Of a DNA stretch of 64,000 nt, positions 14,801-28,063 are shown one piece after another. Every line of letters begins with the position of its first letter. Position 1 is the stretch's first letter. The stretch lies in assembly GCF_000181795.1 (NCBI RefSeq), contig NW_003526941.1, forward strand, positions 6,554,428-6,618,427, read 5' to 3'. The notes beneath the pieces were generated by a model, which saw only the letters and a list, made by a program, of their open reading frames with translations, searched no databases and had not been told where the DNA came from. This stretch comes from Trichinella spiralis (taxonomy: Eukaryota). The position numbers were made by a program, and so were the translations under genes.

Positions 14801-15641
14801 ATTCAACGAAATCACATACCAATTTGTGAAAATAAATTGAACAATTAAATTCTACACATCTATCCGGTAACGATTTTAAAAAATCATCACAATACATAAA
14901 AACATCTACAACTTGACCACATCGATCGATAACGACATTTGTTCACATTCACTCCTGTTCAGAAGAATTATACTATTGAAGAAAATTCAAATACTTTCAC
15001 AAGAACACGTGTATCATGCAAAAAATTCAACAAAATATAAAAATAGTTTAAAAAATAAAGAAAAAATATCTGAATTAATTGCATGTTTGCTTAACTGATT
15101 CATTTCAATGGAATTTGAATTTGAAATCAACTTTCCAACTCAACTCAAATAAACCAACTAATCTAGTTGAAAACCAAAAAAAATATTCCAATATCAAAAT
15201 TAAAATAAAAATACAACAAACTTACCGATTTTCAATATCAATGCAAGCGAGAACACGATTCAGTTCTTCCATATTCGTTTCTGAAATACCATCATTTAAA
15301 AAAACACTTTCAAAATACGCATAACTTTACATGCGTGCGGTGATGATGTTTTACTGTACTTACAGTATACAAATTTGTCAGTGATATATTATTCAAATAA
15401 CGACGACATTTCAGTATATTTACGTCATCATTTCTGAAAATATTTTTAAAAAAATTATACCGGTTTAAATACTATTCAAAAAGTAGAAATAAAAATGTGC
15501 ACACGTGCAACGTTTCATTCCACATTTTCAAAAAATAAAATAAGCTTCAGTTTTTTCATTTTTATATTTCGTTTAATCTTTCGGCAAATTCAAGAACAAC
15601 ATATTAAACAACAGATAAAAATGCAACAACGCGGTGAACAG

Positions 15642-16700
15642 TCACAGTTCACTAGCATGCAAATGAGTGGGCATCAATTCTTTAATTCGGCTGACGAATT
15701 CGGACTTTTCTGTACACGCTTTACAAACTTCTCCCCAATCGTCCAAAATCTTTTTCAACTCTTTCACACGCAATTTGTTCAAATCCACCGTTTTCCAGTC
15801 GATGGATTTATCTTCAAAGCAGAAAATGCTATTAGTAAACATTTTTATAAAATTAAATGAACAAAATTACCATATCTGAGTTCACAAATTTGACTATCCT
15901 TTTGCTTCAGTCGTTCGCACACCTTTTCCGGAGGCATTGACCAACTTAACGGTTTAACAACTTCATTCATAATATTTGAAGCCGATTCCGGCAACGCACC
16001 AATGTAATAACACTTAATAAAATCAAAAAATCAAAACTACAGAATTGCTGAATCAAGAAAACACTATTTTATAAAAAATTAAATTTTCAATCACATTTAA
16101 GAAACCTATTAATGAAAATATAGTAGGAAAACGACGCAACGAAACAATATAATCTATTTCAAATTCGTCCATTTAATTTCTCTTATAATTACTAAATATA
16201 AATGCAAAAATAAATAACAAAGATTTTTTCTTTCCACCATAATAAAGATTGCAAATTATTTAATATTTTAAAATAAAATTAACATTTCAGATTTATCCTA
16301 ATAATAAACATTTTCAAATTTCAATATTATATTCAACATTCTCAAATATAGATAATCATTAAACTACACTACCATGATTGAAATAATTTTGAAGAGTAAA
16401 ATATGTGTGTAAAACATAAAAATACTTACAAAACGGTGATCCTTTCCGCCTGTTGATGCACATGTTTTCTTCAAAAATCCTTCCAGCTTTTTGATGTCCG
16501 TCAATGTGTCAGGAGGACATTTTGAAATAAATTTTTCCAAAAATTTAATACAAACTAAAAACCAAAGCTTTAAAATTATTTAAAAAAATTAAAACGATTC
16601 AATATAATTCACCTTCGCAATCACCTTCCCGAAGAGAATCAGAAGTATTAAATAAAAAAAGCGAAACACTAATTAAGAACCAAAAATTCATGATGACCAT
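15642..16700 (-). CDS. MANF: MANF/ARMET (mesencephalic astrocyte-derived neurotrophic factor) homolog, 4 exons
   Basis: Signal peptide, then [49 protein letters not shown]-like domain [24 protein letters not shown]-terminal ASEL. Start could be 16700 or 16691. Confidence 0.95.
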
Positions 16701-17529
16701 CTAACTAATAACACACCAACCAGGCACTTTAAAAGCATTTCACTGCTAATGCAACGTCATTCTTTTGTAGACAATGTCTTGATTATCAATTATTTTGTAA
16801 AGGTAAATTTTAAAATGAAGTTAAAAAAATGTTTAAAATTTATAAAAATTGATAAATTATGCATATCACTCGATTGCTAATAACATATTACTGGTTCAGC
16901 TAGACGAAGCCAGATTAAAAAAACAAATTTGAAATAAAATCATATTATTAAAAATGTAACAAATATTTGAAAAAACAATTAAATTTTACAAATTTTATAA
17001 ATTTTATGATTCAAATTTTTTTAAATTTTGTCTCCTTTCTGAAACATTTGCTAAAAGCACCATACTGTATGAACTTGCACACAAATTATTACTGTATAAC
17101 ATTTAGTAGTTTTGTTGACGCACTTCAAAATCTGGCAAGCTGGTAATAAGTATATAATTATGATTTTCTAAAAAAGCTTTATCTGTATTATTTTAGTCGG
17201 CGCTATTCAATTTCCAGAGCTTACTTTGTGTATTTTTATTACTGATATGCACGTGTACATATATTCATTCGTTTTTCCCAAAATTATTGGATAGTCACAA
17301 AAAAGGGTTAGTAAAATATTGCTGACTGTCAATTTAAAGTTTAATTCAATTTACGATTTATAGGTTTACTGGTGTTTTTTGGAAGTGCGCGAGAATCGGT
17401 AAAATCACTCTGAAGTGCTCATCATTAACTAATTTGTGAAAAACTTATAGGAGAGCGACTGAGTCCTTACGTATCATTGGGCTGCATAATAATGGCTATA
17501 TTTGCACTTTTACAATAAAAGTACAGGTT

Positions 17530-17986
17530 ATGGAAGGAGAGGTTACTAACAACAATGCAGTGCTTACAGTTAAGCATGTAATTCATCGTCGAAAACCGCC
17601 ACGTTTATCAAACCGAAAAAACGACATTTATATCACTGAAAAAACCCACATCAAGGGTGAGATGATGATAATTGTAAATGATCAGTGAATCATGAGTTTG
17701 GTATTTAGCACAAATGAAAATTTGCAAAAAACTTCTGGACAGTGGATACAATGCAGTTTACATACATGCAATGGGAGACGCTATGAATCGAGCTATATCT
17801 CTGTCATTGCAGCTGAAAAGGCAAGGACGAGGTTCTCTAAACGTTGATGTATGCACATCGTCGGTAAACTTGATTGACGATTTGGAACCTGTAGTAGACG
17901 ACGCGAAAGTGGAAAAGCGTAGCCGAACAACTTCTGCTATTCACATCAAATTGTTTAAATGCGAAGCGGCGGTGGATGATTATTAA
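17530..17986 (+). CDS. POP7: RNase P/MRP subunit p20 (Alba-like), 2 exons (17530-17656, ~17709-17986)
   Basis: RRKPPRLSNRKNDIYITEKTHIKAQMKICKKLL...IHAMGDAMNRAISLSL...TSSVNLIDDLEP...RTTSAIHI matches Rpp20/POP7 motifs. Confidence 0.9.
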
Positions 17987-18409
17987 TACATTCTTTCATC
18001 CCTTATATCTGACGATGTAATTTCATGTCTAATTTTGTGATAATACTAATAAACTCTGCATTTATGTAATGGTACAGCGGTTTTCTTATTTAATTTAATT
18101 AATTTAGCTAAAGTTTAATCAGAGTACCTTCCTACAATACTTCTTCATTATGGTAATGCTCAGAAGATTATGGTCAAAAATGAGAATTTCCCTAAATAAA
18201 GACTGCGAAAACAAAATTGCAACATTATTACGAACCTACTCATCATATACGATTATAGTAAATTTTCTGTGTTAACAAACCCTCAAAAAAGAACGTTTCC
18301 CGATCTTGAATAGAAAAAAAGCCCAACTTTACAACAGTAAAAGAGAAAAAGAAGAGAATATGAAAAATATTTTTCTATTGATACTGTGCTAATGCGACAA
18401 CGTTGAACA

Positions 18410-20310
18410 ATGACGCGATCATGTTTCATTTTTACCTCAACAATTAAAGCTTGGCCTGTTGTTCGCTTGTTTTCCACTGGTAAATATGCAAAACGGATCG
18501 CAGTCGTCGGAAGCGGTCCCGCCGGCTTCTACTGTAGCCAAACTCTGCTGAGCGGTGACCAACAATGCTTGGTGGACGTTTTCGAAAAATATCCCGTTCC
18601 GTATGGATTGGTACGCTATGGCATTGCTCCTGATCATCAAGATTTGAAAAGCTGCATCAACGGCTTCGAAAGAACAGTCGCCTCATTCGCCGATCGATTT
18701 CGTTTCTTCGGAAATGTACACATTGGAAAAGAGCTGCTGATTGCAGAATTGCTTCATGTATGTTATTTTCTCGGCGGTAACTTTTCATAATACATTCTGT
18801 AAAAGTTGAACAAAATCATCTTTACTATACATGATGTGACAAAATTTAAATACTTTCTCGGCGCTGGCCAACTATATTTCCAGCGGTTATTGAATGCAAT
18901 CATACATGAGGAGGGGTTTATTTCATTTTTTGAACAAACGCACGCACAAACATTTATAAATGCTTACATGTTTGTACAGAAGTTTTCCATTAATGTCGCG
19001 TGACATCGTCGTTTTATTCGACGGATAAATTAATTTCTCAGTTAATGCTAATTTTAAATTTTTGAAAAATTACAAAACTGAACTGACAATTTGATTGCTG
19101 TATACATACGGTAATTATTGAAAATTAAGTACATACTTACTAGATAGTGAAATGGCGTTTTGTTCAGTATTGATTTTCATGCCGATGGTGGTGTACTTTT
19201 CAGCATTACGACGCTGTAGTGTTAGCTTATGGAGCTTCGGAAGCGAATCCGTTGCCCAAGTTGGACTGTTCAATTGGAAATTGCTTTTCGGCGCGCGACT
19301 TCGTCGGCTGGTACAACGGTCTACCCGAATGTGGTGGAGTGAATCCAAATTTGCAAAGCGACAACAGCACGGCGGTGGTCATCGGCCACGGTAATGTCGC
19401 TTTGGATATTGTACGTGTATTGCTGAGCAGGGTGGAAAACTTTCAGCATACCGACATAGCTGAGCATGCGCTCGAAGCATTGAACAAAAGCCGATTGAAA
19501 AGAGTGGTGCTGGTCGGTCGTCGAGGTCCGGCCCAAGTATCTTTCACGACCAAAGAGTTGCGTGAGTTGAGTCGTCTTCAGGGAGTGAATACGATTGTAC
19601 GCGGTTGTGACTTGGATCCGATTCGACAAGATGCGCATCGGTTCGACCGTCCCAAGCAACGTCTGCTCAAACTGATGTCAGAAATGGTGGACTCTGCGTC
19701 GAGCGTTGATCATGCAGATGAACGCAGCTTGTCGTTGAGATTTCTTCTATCGTTCGACAAAGCAATTGGCGACTCGCATCACAATTTGCAAGCAGTTCGA
19801 TTCGTGGAAAATCAGTTGACCACCTCCAGTGGCTACAACTGTGAGAATGCGACAATTCGACCGACCGATCGATTTGAGGAAATCAATGCAAGCTTGCTTA
19901 TTTACAGCTGTGGCTATAGAACAGTGAACATCGAGCCGGGTCAGTTTCCTTTTGACGACAAGCTCGGAGGTGTTCTGACTGATGGCCAAGGACGGGTAAT
20001 TGGTCGAAGAGGATTGTACGCATGCGGCTGGTGTAGGCAAGGTCCAAACCGCATCCTAGCCCAGACCCAAATTGACGCGAAAAATGTAGCACTGACTGTA
20101 ATTGAAGATTTGAAAAAGATACCTGGAAAAAATGGTGACATACAGCAACTGTTGAAAAATCGTTCCGAGAAGTGGATCTCTTGGTCGGAGTGGAAAAATT
20201 TGGACGAAATTGAACAAAATCGTGGAAAAGCGAATGCCAAACCAAGGCAGAAGGTTGTCAGCTTAGAGGAAATGTTAAAATTAAGTAAATCTCAAATCAA
20301 AACTGAATAA
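18410..20310 (+). CDS. FDXR: Mitochondrial NADPH:adrenodoxin (ferredoxin) oxidoreductase, 2 exons (18410-18757, 19204-20310)
   Basis: Presequence-like N-terminus, IAVVGSGPAGFY, PYGLVRYGIAPDH, SARDFVGWYNG, VIGHGNVALD, GRRGPAQVSFTTKELRE, GLYACGW. Confidence 0.95.
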
Positions 20311-20452
20311 ATGAGTAGAAATTTCCAACAATTGTGTATACTGAAAAATATCAAGGATCTCTGAAACCTTTGATTTCATACTTGTACAAATTGTTGTGCT
20401 TATTTTTTTGTATAATGCAAATCATTTTTATTTCTCAATCAACAAACAAGAT

Positions 20453-21404
20453 ATGCAAGAGTGTAAAGGTGAATGGAAAGATTTCACATTTGCCGTGGTT
20501 GCAGATCCACAGCTAGGCTTGCATTCAACAGATTCGTCGAATTTGTCCGAAGGCAAAAAAGAAATGAAAAATGCAATACTGGCGATCAACACACTGAAGC
20601 CGCCACCGGAGTTTGTAGTTTTCTGCGGTGACTTCACCCACGCCGAACCGTATACATCTGCAAAAGCTGTACAAATTCGTGATTTTGAACAAACTGTGAA
20701 ACTTCTGCGGACGGATATCAAGCCGATCTACGTCTGCGGCAATCACGACATCGGTGACAAGCCCACTGCACACACGTTGCAATTGTACCGTGAACAATTT
20801 GGATCGGATTTCTACGCATTCTGGGTAGGAGAGGTGAAATTTTTCGTTTTCAATTCACAATATTTTCTCCCCATCACCGGCATGGATATGCACATCGATC
20901 AGCAAGCAGTTTGGTTTGAAAACGAAGCTGAACGAACTGACAAGGAGCAACCGACGCATGTGATTGCATTTCAGGTAAAATTATCATCAACTGTTGTTTT
21001 ATTTACTTCAACTGAATTCATCATCATCAGAATCATTGCTACATGTACATATTAAATGTCAATTTGGAATTAAAATTTAAATTCATTTACATCTCATTTC
21101 ATTTCAGCATATTCCACCATTTATCAATGACCCGAAAGAAGAGCCAATGTTCATATCCCGTTGCTGGCCAATGGCATTTAACATACCATATGAGAATAAA
21201 AGAAAGCAATTTCTAGAATGGATACGCCAGCTTAAAGTGAAAAAGCTGTTCTGTGGTCATTATCATCGTAATACAGTTGGTCAGGGTGAGGATGGTCTAG
21301 AAGTTATAATTACAGAAAATACTGCCGAAAGAAGCGGCTTTCGGCTGGTTCGTGTTTATAAAGATCGTATAGAGCATGAATTCATTGCCAGAAATTCTAT
21401 TTAA
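20453..21404 (+). CDS. CPPED1: Calcineurin-like metallophosphoesterase CPPED1, 2 exons (20453-20974, 21108-21404)
   Basis: Motifs ADPQLG, CGDFTH, CGNHDIG, FQ|HIPPF, FCGHYHRN, SGFRLVRV. Confidence 0.9.
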
Positions 21405-21566
21405 TTCAGCAAAGCAAGGAAATCTTCAATGAATACGTGAATGGAAAAAGAGAAAGAAAAGAAACAGATCGATTTGTTTGGAAGGATTATTATTTTTTTT
21501 TCTTTGGAAACTTTTGGTTTTTCCTTTTCCTCTGGCATACTGTATTTTTAAACATTAAAATACTGT

Positions 21567-23104
21567 TTAAAATCGCTGATCCACATTTGGTGTATTTTGA
21601 GCTCGCAGGCGAGGATCAAAAATGCAACGAATGAACAAGCATGCATTTTTCACGTTACCTCCTGAGACTGCAAATGCGAGACCGGAGAACAAAAGCAACG
21701 ATCCATACAAACAACTCAAACTCGCCGCCCACACGTTGCTACGATTGTAAAAGCTCTAATAAACGGTGTTAAATTAGAAATGAGCGACAATTTCTGAAAA
21801 AAAACCCAATGCACTCACTATGCCGGCGACGAGAAAGTGATCTGCAATGGCAAACATGGCTAACCATGTCGCTTTCTTATCGCAAGCGTGAAAAATTATC
21901 ACATTCCACATGACATGAAGCAGAATCAATGCTGCAACTGAGATTGCTAAAAGGTAAACAATTAATCTGCTTAAACAATCAATTATTTCAACAATTCTTA
22001 CAAGAGATGAGAAAGAAATGATAAGAGCCATGCATGTCGTTAAATTTCAAAGCAGACGGCAAGCCAACTGTACCCGGACCGGAACTGTCCGCTAAACCAT
22101 TCACGAGGGCAATTACACCGGCCATTGAACCAAAACCCATTCCAATTACTAAAATCAAAAAACAACATTAATTAATAACAGAGCAATGAATGACACTGTT
22201 CACATATATATTAAATTATTGAAATTGAAACACACTATACTGAAAACTTACCGAATGAAATCATGTGGTTAGCATGCTTCAACGGATGTACTCCTTCGAC
22301 GCTGTCATTTCCTTCAGTCACTACATCTAAGCCAGCTTGGGCCCGTCTGAGAGAAAATTATCATATTTAAACTTGAAAATTAAAACATATGAAAAAAAGT
22401 CTTACCTAATTAGTTTGTAATATAAGTAACGAATAACTTCTTGTAAGAAGACAAACAAGAAAACGGTAAAGCACAAAATTCCATCAAAGTGTGGAAGAAT
22501 AAACCAAATGATGGCAGCAAGAAGAATAGATATCATGTAGAAGAAAGCCCTAAACAATACAAACTGAACCTCAAAAAAATGGGATAAAATTTAGAAAAAC
22601 TCTTCGAAAAATAATGTTTAAATTTTCATCCATGCAGAAATTACATAAACAGCTAAACTCTAAATACGACACACAGAGCTCGTAAAAATGAATTGCCCAA
22701 TCAATGACAGTAAACCAGAGATTATTGGAATGAGTTAATAACATTCTTCAATTTAATTAAAAATTTGAATTAAAACTATCGTACCATCAGAAGTTGAACA
22801 ATTTTAAAATTTCACTTATCCAAACCTTCACATCTGTCATGTTAGAAAGCTACCAAACTGTAAAAGTGAATCATTTAAAAGTTCATTTTAAATAAGAATC
22901 TACAATTTCAACGTCTGAATAATATAACCCATTCACACCCTTTTTAAATTACTACAGTTTCAAACAAATTCATAAAATATCATTCACTCACGCTCCGACG
23001 AAGAGTATTATTCGCATAGGATCGTGCATGATCACGCAGAGAAAAATGGCAAGTGGCGTGCCAAACGCAATTAAAAAATATCCTGTGAATTCTTGAAATC
23101 CCAT
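21567..23104 (-). CDS. aph-1: Gamma-secretase subunit APH-1, multi-exon
   Basis: MGFQEFTGYFLIAFGTPLAIF..HDPMRII, FLQEVIRYLYYKLIRRAQAGL, GMGFGSMAG, LADSSGPGTVG, ILLHVMWNVIIF, AVSGGN. Confidence 0.92.
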
Positions 23105-23865
23105 AGTTGAAACGTGTACTCGGACGGAATGCTTCTCAAGGCGATTATTAATATAATCCTAAAAAGAATATACATATTGATTATCTTTGTAAGCGTAGAA
23201 AGCCGAAGTAAGAGCTATCAGTGACTTTTTACCACAAACACAGATTTTACATAAAAAGTAAAAAGCTAAAAAGAAAGCAACAATAACATTCAACAGTTTT
23301 CGTTCAAATAAAGCTACAGTAAGATACAAAATAATTTACCGTATCACAACTGAACTTAATGATCATTTATCTCCTGACAACGTACGCAAATTTATGATAC
23401 ACATTAAAATGTCATGATTCTCAAATGACATAAATAAAATCAACTTTAAAAAAATATTTGATGACAAATAATTTAAAATCAGTTTCAATAGAAAGTTATT
23501 CATGTAAAAGGAAAAAACATTGCAAACTCTTGTAAAAAAACGTATTTATTTTGTTTCCTTTGTAAGAACTTGAAAGACTTTTTAAAAGCAATATAAACAC
23601 CACTATTTGTCTTTAATTTTCAAATTATAAACAGCCAAATCATGATAGATAATTACCCACAAATCATAAAGATGCGTTGTAAGGCATAATAAAAAAATCA
23701 ATCTTCAATTGGTCAGAGAAAAAAGTAGATACTATATGATCAACAACTGAAATTAAATTAATCAAATCCATCATCCATGCATGAACAAAAACACTGATAA
23801 GTGAAAAACTAACGATCATCATCCATCCGCTTGCAACTCTTGCAACCTTTACTTGGTGTAAGAAT

Positions 23866-25111
23866 CTACAACCCCATCTTTATCAAACCTTTCATTGCAA
23901 TCTCATATCCCAAAAAACAAGCCTGAAAAATGTAAATTGTGAAATGAAGCTCAAATGATAATTATAATAAATCTTCAACCGCATTAGCAGGAAAGGCGCG
24001 CAGCATCACAGGGGTAAAGCCTCTGTACAAGGCCAATGGTCCTTCTTCTCGAATCAGTTGCCGTGCCACATCACGCATTCCATTAGGATACATGCCAGAG
24101 GGTGCTGATAAATATTAAAATACAAATAAAAGTTTTCATTCAAAAAATATATACCAATCTGTAAACGTGATTTCAGAACATCCTGTGGCAATGCTACTGC
24201 CCAATTAGCCAGACCTGCTACACCACCGGCTAACAATGTCTTCGAAACGCTTAGTTCACCTGTATCACTTTGAACGATGAAAATGTAGCTTTTCACCAAT
24301 TGTTAGCAGTGATTATTTTTCTCATTATTTTAACTTCACGAAAACCTACTCAGAACTTTTCATGGATCTCATCAGAAATTCATACGTTGCCAAATACGCT
24401 CCACTTGCTGGCACATCTACAACAATAAAATGGTATCATTTAAATTGGAACAGTGTGGTCAATTTGAAGAAAAAAGACAACCATTCACCTCGAAGCAGAG
24501 TAGCCACTGTTCCGCGATAAATACTACGAATACCACCTTCTTTGTAAAGTTTCTTGAACACGTCCACAGGACCGGTATACTTCGCCTCTGAACCCTGATG
24601 CTGATGCTGTACTTGAAGTAGGCATTTGATCCTCTCGCCCGGGGCCACAATCAAAGTTGTCATCATACCTGACAAAGCTCCAGCATTAAATGTTTTAAGT
24701 ATACTGAAAAAAAAGATAAACTAATTGAAATTTCCAATTTTAAGATCAATTTTAACATCTGAAACCATACGAAAGCTGCTCGTCAGCATTGGTCTGCTGC
24801 AACCGTTTGCCAATGCTGCAGCCGAAGAAGTACAACGCAAACAGCGGAGCCACACCGACTACTGGAGCTGCCATGCCTTTGTACAACGCCAGTACACCTT
24901 CTTCAACGACCGTCTTCTTCAGACAAGACAATGTACTTGTTCCACCGGTAGCCGCTGATGCTGTCTGCAGACGAACTTTGATCGTATCAAATGGATGACC
25001 AGTGACAACGCAACAAACGCCCCCAATACCACCGGCTAAGAAATTTCTCAGTGGATCCGTATCTTGACGTGGTTTCACCAAATCGATCGATTTCGAATCA
25101 TTTTCCACCAT
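23866..25111 (-). CDS. dif-1: Mitochondrial carnitine/acylcarnitine carrier (SLC25A20 family)
   Basis: Three carrier repeats: [48 protein letters not shown]. Confidence 0.93.
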
Positions 25112-25310
25112 ATTTATCTGTATACAATTCGCCGAACAAAAGAAAAACAAAACTGAAATGTTTATTATTCACTGCATCCTTTCTTTTGCAGAATATTTTC
25201 AAATGGACACTAATCCACTAATATGCAATCGGCAAAATATGAAATGTTTCAAAAAACAGCAAAAATTATTTACTACCATCTGTTGATGTTTTAAACATAC
25301 AGCAGAAAAA

Positions 25311-27485
25311 TTAAAATTTAAAGAAACGCTGCTTTTCACGGCGATCCTTGACTTCATTTTCGATTCGAGCCTGCTTTCCCAATGACAACTGTAATTGCTC
25401 TTCGGCTAATTTCAATTTTATTTGCAAATCTCCAGCTACAACAGAATCTTTTCCGTCATTACGACGAAGAGCTTGCTTCAAACTGTTCACGCGCTTTTTC
25501 ATCTGCTTCACTTCTTCACCAACTTTAAGCAGCTGAAAAAAAGTTATTTAATAACAATATCACATCCTTATTGGTCAATTTGAATCAATACTTCAACAAG
25601 AAAATATAACTTACAGTAATCTGCAAATCATGACAACTTTTTTTCGAAGATATATCAACAACAGTCGCCCCCTTTTCGGCCGTACGTTTGCGTTGATTCG
25701 CATCTTCAAATTGAATGCATGAAATGGAATATTTAAATAACTTTAAAATTTCCACTCATACCTGGCGTTTGCAGATGACCATTAATCATATCAAAAAATT
25801 TTTCAACTGCTTCGGTCCTTTTCGCCAATTTTGCTTCATATTTTTTGTCATCCAAATGCACTCGCAACTTCTCAACCGGCAGATCTTTGGATTCTTTGTT
25901 ACGCTGTATTTGCAAACAATGATCAAGAGATTTTCCTAAAATATAAACATTAATAATTATTTACAAAAAGAACAAAAGCAAACATTCCAAAAAATATTTT
26001 ATGATAAAAAAATTAATACCCTTGGGAAAAACGTGAACTGCGATCGGTTCGGTCTGACCGAGATTGTCTTTGCCCAATCCTTGTCCTCTGATGTAGCCCA
26101 TCTTTTCCATCAGTTTTGTACCTATGCCCTGTTGAACAAAAGAAAAAAAATTGAACATGACAAACTTTCAGCAACTTATTTCACAAATGATGCATGTTCA
26201 ATTATAAATTGTATTTAAATTATAAAACTGTTGAAAAATAATATTACTCGAGTATGAACTTCCCAATCACCAATTAAAGAACCAGATGCAGCAGACGTAC
26301 TGCAAACAGGGTCAGTACTTCCGGCAGAAGAAGAAGAAGAAAGCAGAGCTTTTGGCAAGCTCTCCTCCGCCTGATTCACTTCTATTTTCAAACTGCTCTG
26401 TTCTGAAAAATAAAATTCTTTTTCCCCTTTTCATAAAATTTAAAATAAATATTTCATCTTTCTACCGTTCAATGGAAAGACATGTTCAAAATTTACAGCT
26501 AACACAACGCCTGTATTGGCAAGACGAGCGGCAATTTGTTCCTCTTCCAATGAAATGGACGTCACTGATGCCAACTTCCACAAGTCTTCAGAGCCACATT
26601 TAACCAAACACTTTGAGCCAACAGATAAATTTCTATAAAAATATATAAAACAATTCAAATGGTAAAATACTGTTCTGTGAACATCCTACTCAAAATCAGG
26701 CTCTTCATATTCAATTATATCACCAAATTTCACAGTTTCACCATGAGAATAACTAAATTAAATGAATAAAGAGGGAAAGAAAATGAAGAGAATGGCAATC
26801 ATGCGTACCGACAATTCTCATTAAAAGTGCACTTGTTATCTAGAAAATGTTTACATGGCTGCATCGAACGTTCAACTGGATTGATGTACAAAACCTTCAC
26901 CTTTTTAAACAACAAAAGTTAATTTCCAAACAGCTTTAATATGGTATAAAGCAAAAATTAACTTATCATAAAAACATTAATTAACTATATCTTCCACTTT
27001 ACTCTAGCATATGCAATGAAGAAAAAACAACAAAAACGGACGTTTTTATATAAATTAAAATGATAATGCAAAATAAAATTATTTACCAAGATATCTTCAG
27101 GGGTAGATGATGTCATGTCTTCAATATCAAATATGATTGCATTGTGGTATGAAACTGATGAATGCTTATTATAGCAAGGAACACGACATCGCAAACCAAT
27201 AAACTGTTCAAATAAATCAGAGTCGCTTGTCAAACTGGACTCTATGTTGGAATCTTCCTGCAAATCGACTGCCCGACTTTCTGCATTCACAGATGAACTA
27301 GGCAACAAGGTTATCAGATCTTCTCTTAGGCGCAGCATGTCTTCCCTATCCGGGAGTTCTGTCGCTTCCAACAACGCATCTATACTACGAATCTGGAAAA
27401 GATGTCAAAACTGTAAATAATATCAGTATTATACAACAAACATCTCAACCTGTTCTATTAGTTCAGCAGCCACCTTTTCATCCAT
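25311..27485 (-). CDS. ZGPAT: Zinc finger CCCH-type with G-patch domain protein, multi-exon
   Basis: SYHNAII, CCCH finger PCKHFLDNKCTFNENCRYSHG, Tudor-like segment, G-patch WEVHTRGIGTKLMEKMGYIRGQGLG, C-terminal coiled coil ending FFKF. Confidence 0.9.
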
Positions 27486-28063
27486 GACTAATGAACAACA
27501 GCAAACGCTGACACAAATACTGACTTTTTCTAAACTAAACCAAATCCTTTTTATAAAATCATAAATTGCTTATTAATTTGAATAGCATAATTTGTTAAAA
27601 TGTCTCTCACTTTATTTTTCACATTAATGTGACACAGTTCAATTAATCTTCAAAAAATACGCGTGAAGCAAATAATTACACGACTGCATCACAGAATAGG
27701 ATTACTGTCAAACTGTAGTACAGTTAAAAAAATGCAAGTTCAAATAACGTTTATGCCAATTCTAATATGAAAATTGTAATTTCTAGTTTACTTCTTTAAT
27801 TCTGCATACGTACGTCTCTAATTTTTCAATAATACACCCTAAACCACCATGAAAAAAAACATTTTTACTGAAACAAAAACAACAACGATCACAAACAAAA
27901 TTAACAAGCGTTACAAAATAATAAAATCATGTAAAACGGTATAAAAGCTTTTAAAAGCAAACTAATCATTAATTTTTACACGCATGAATCCAGCATGTGT
28001 GTTGAAATTATACACACCCGCATACATCGCTGTACATTTATACATATAGGATGAAAGAGAATG

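Noticed and set aside
9880..15500. Many 60-120 aa F/L/I/K-rich ORFs in the nas-39 first intron and upstream region
   Set aside because: Composition reflects AT-rich non-coding DNA with no domain motifs; likely regulatory sequence of nas-39.
17657..17708. GATGATGA (box C-like) in the POP7 intron as a snoRNA
   Set aside because: The intron is only ~52 nt and has no CTGA D box.
18392..18409. In-frame upstream ATG-CGA-CAA-CGT-TGA before FDXR, suggesting stop-codon readthrough or selenocysteine
   Set aside because: The ATG at 18410 already gives a plausible mitochondrial presequence and no SECIS is evident; at most a 4-codon uORF.
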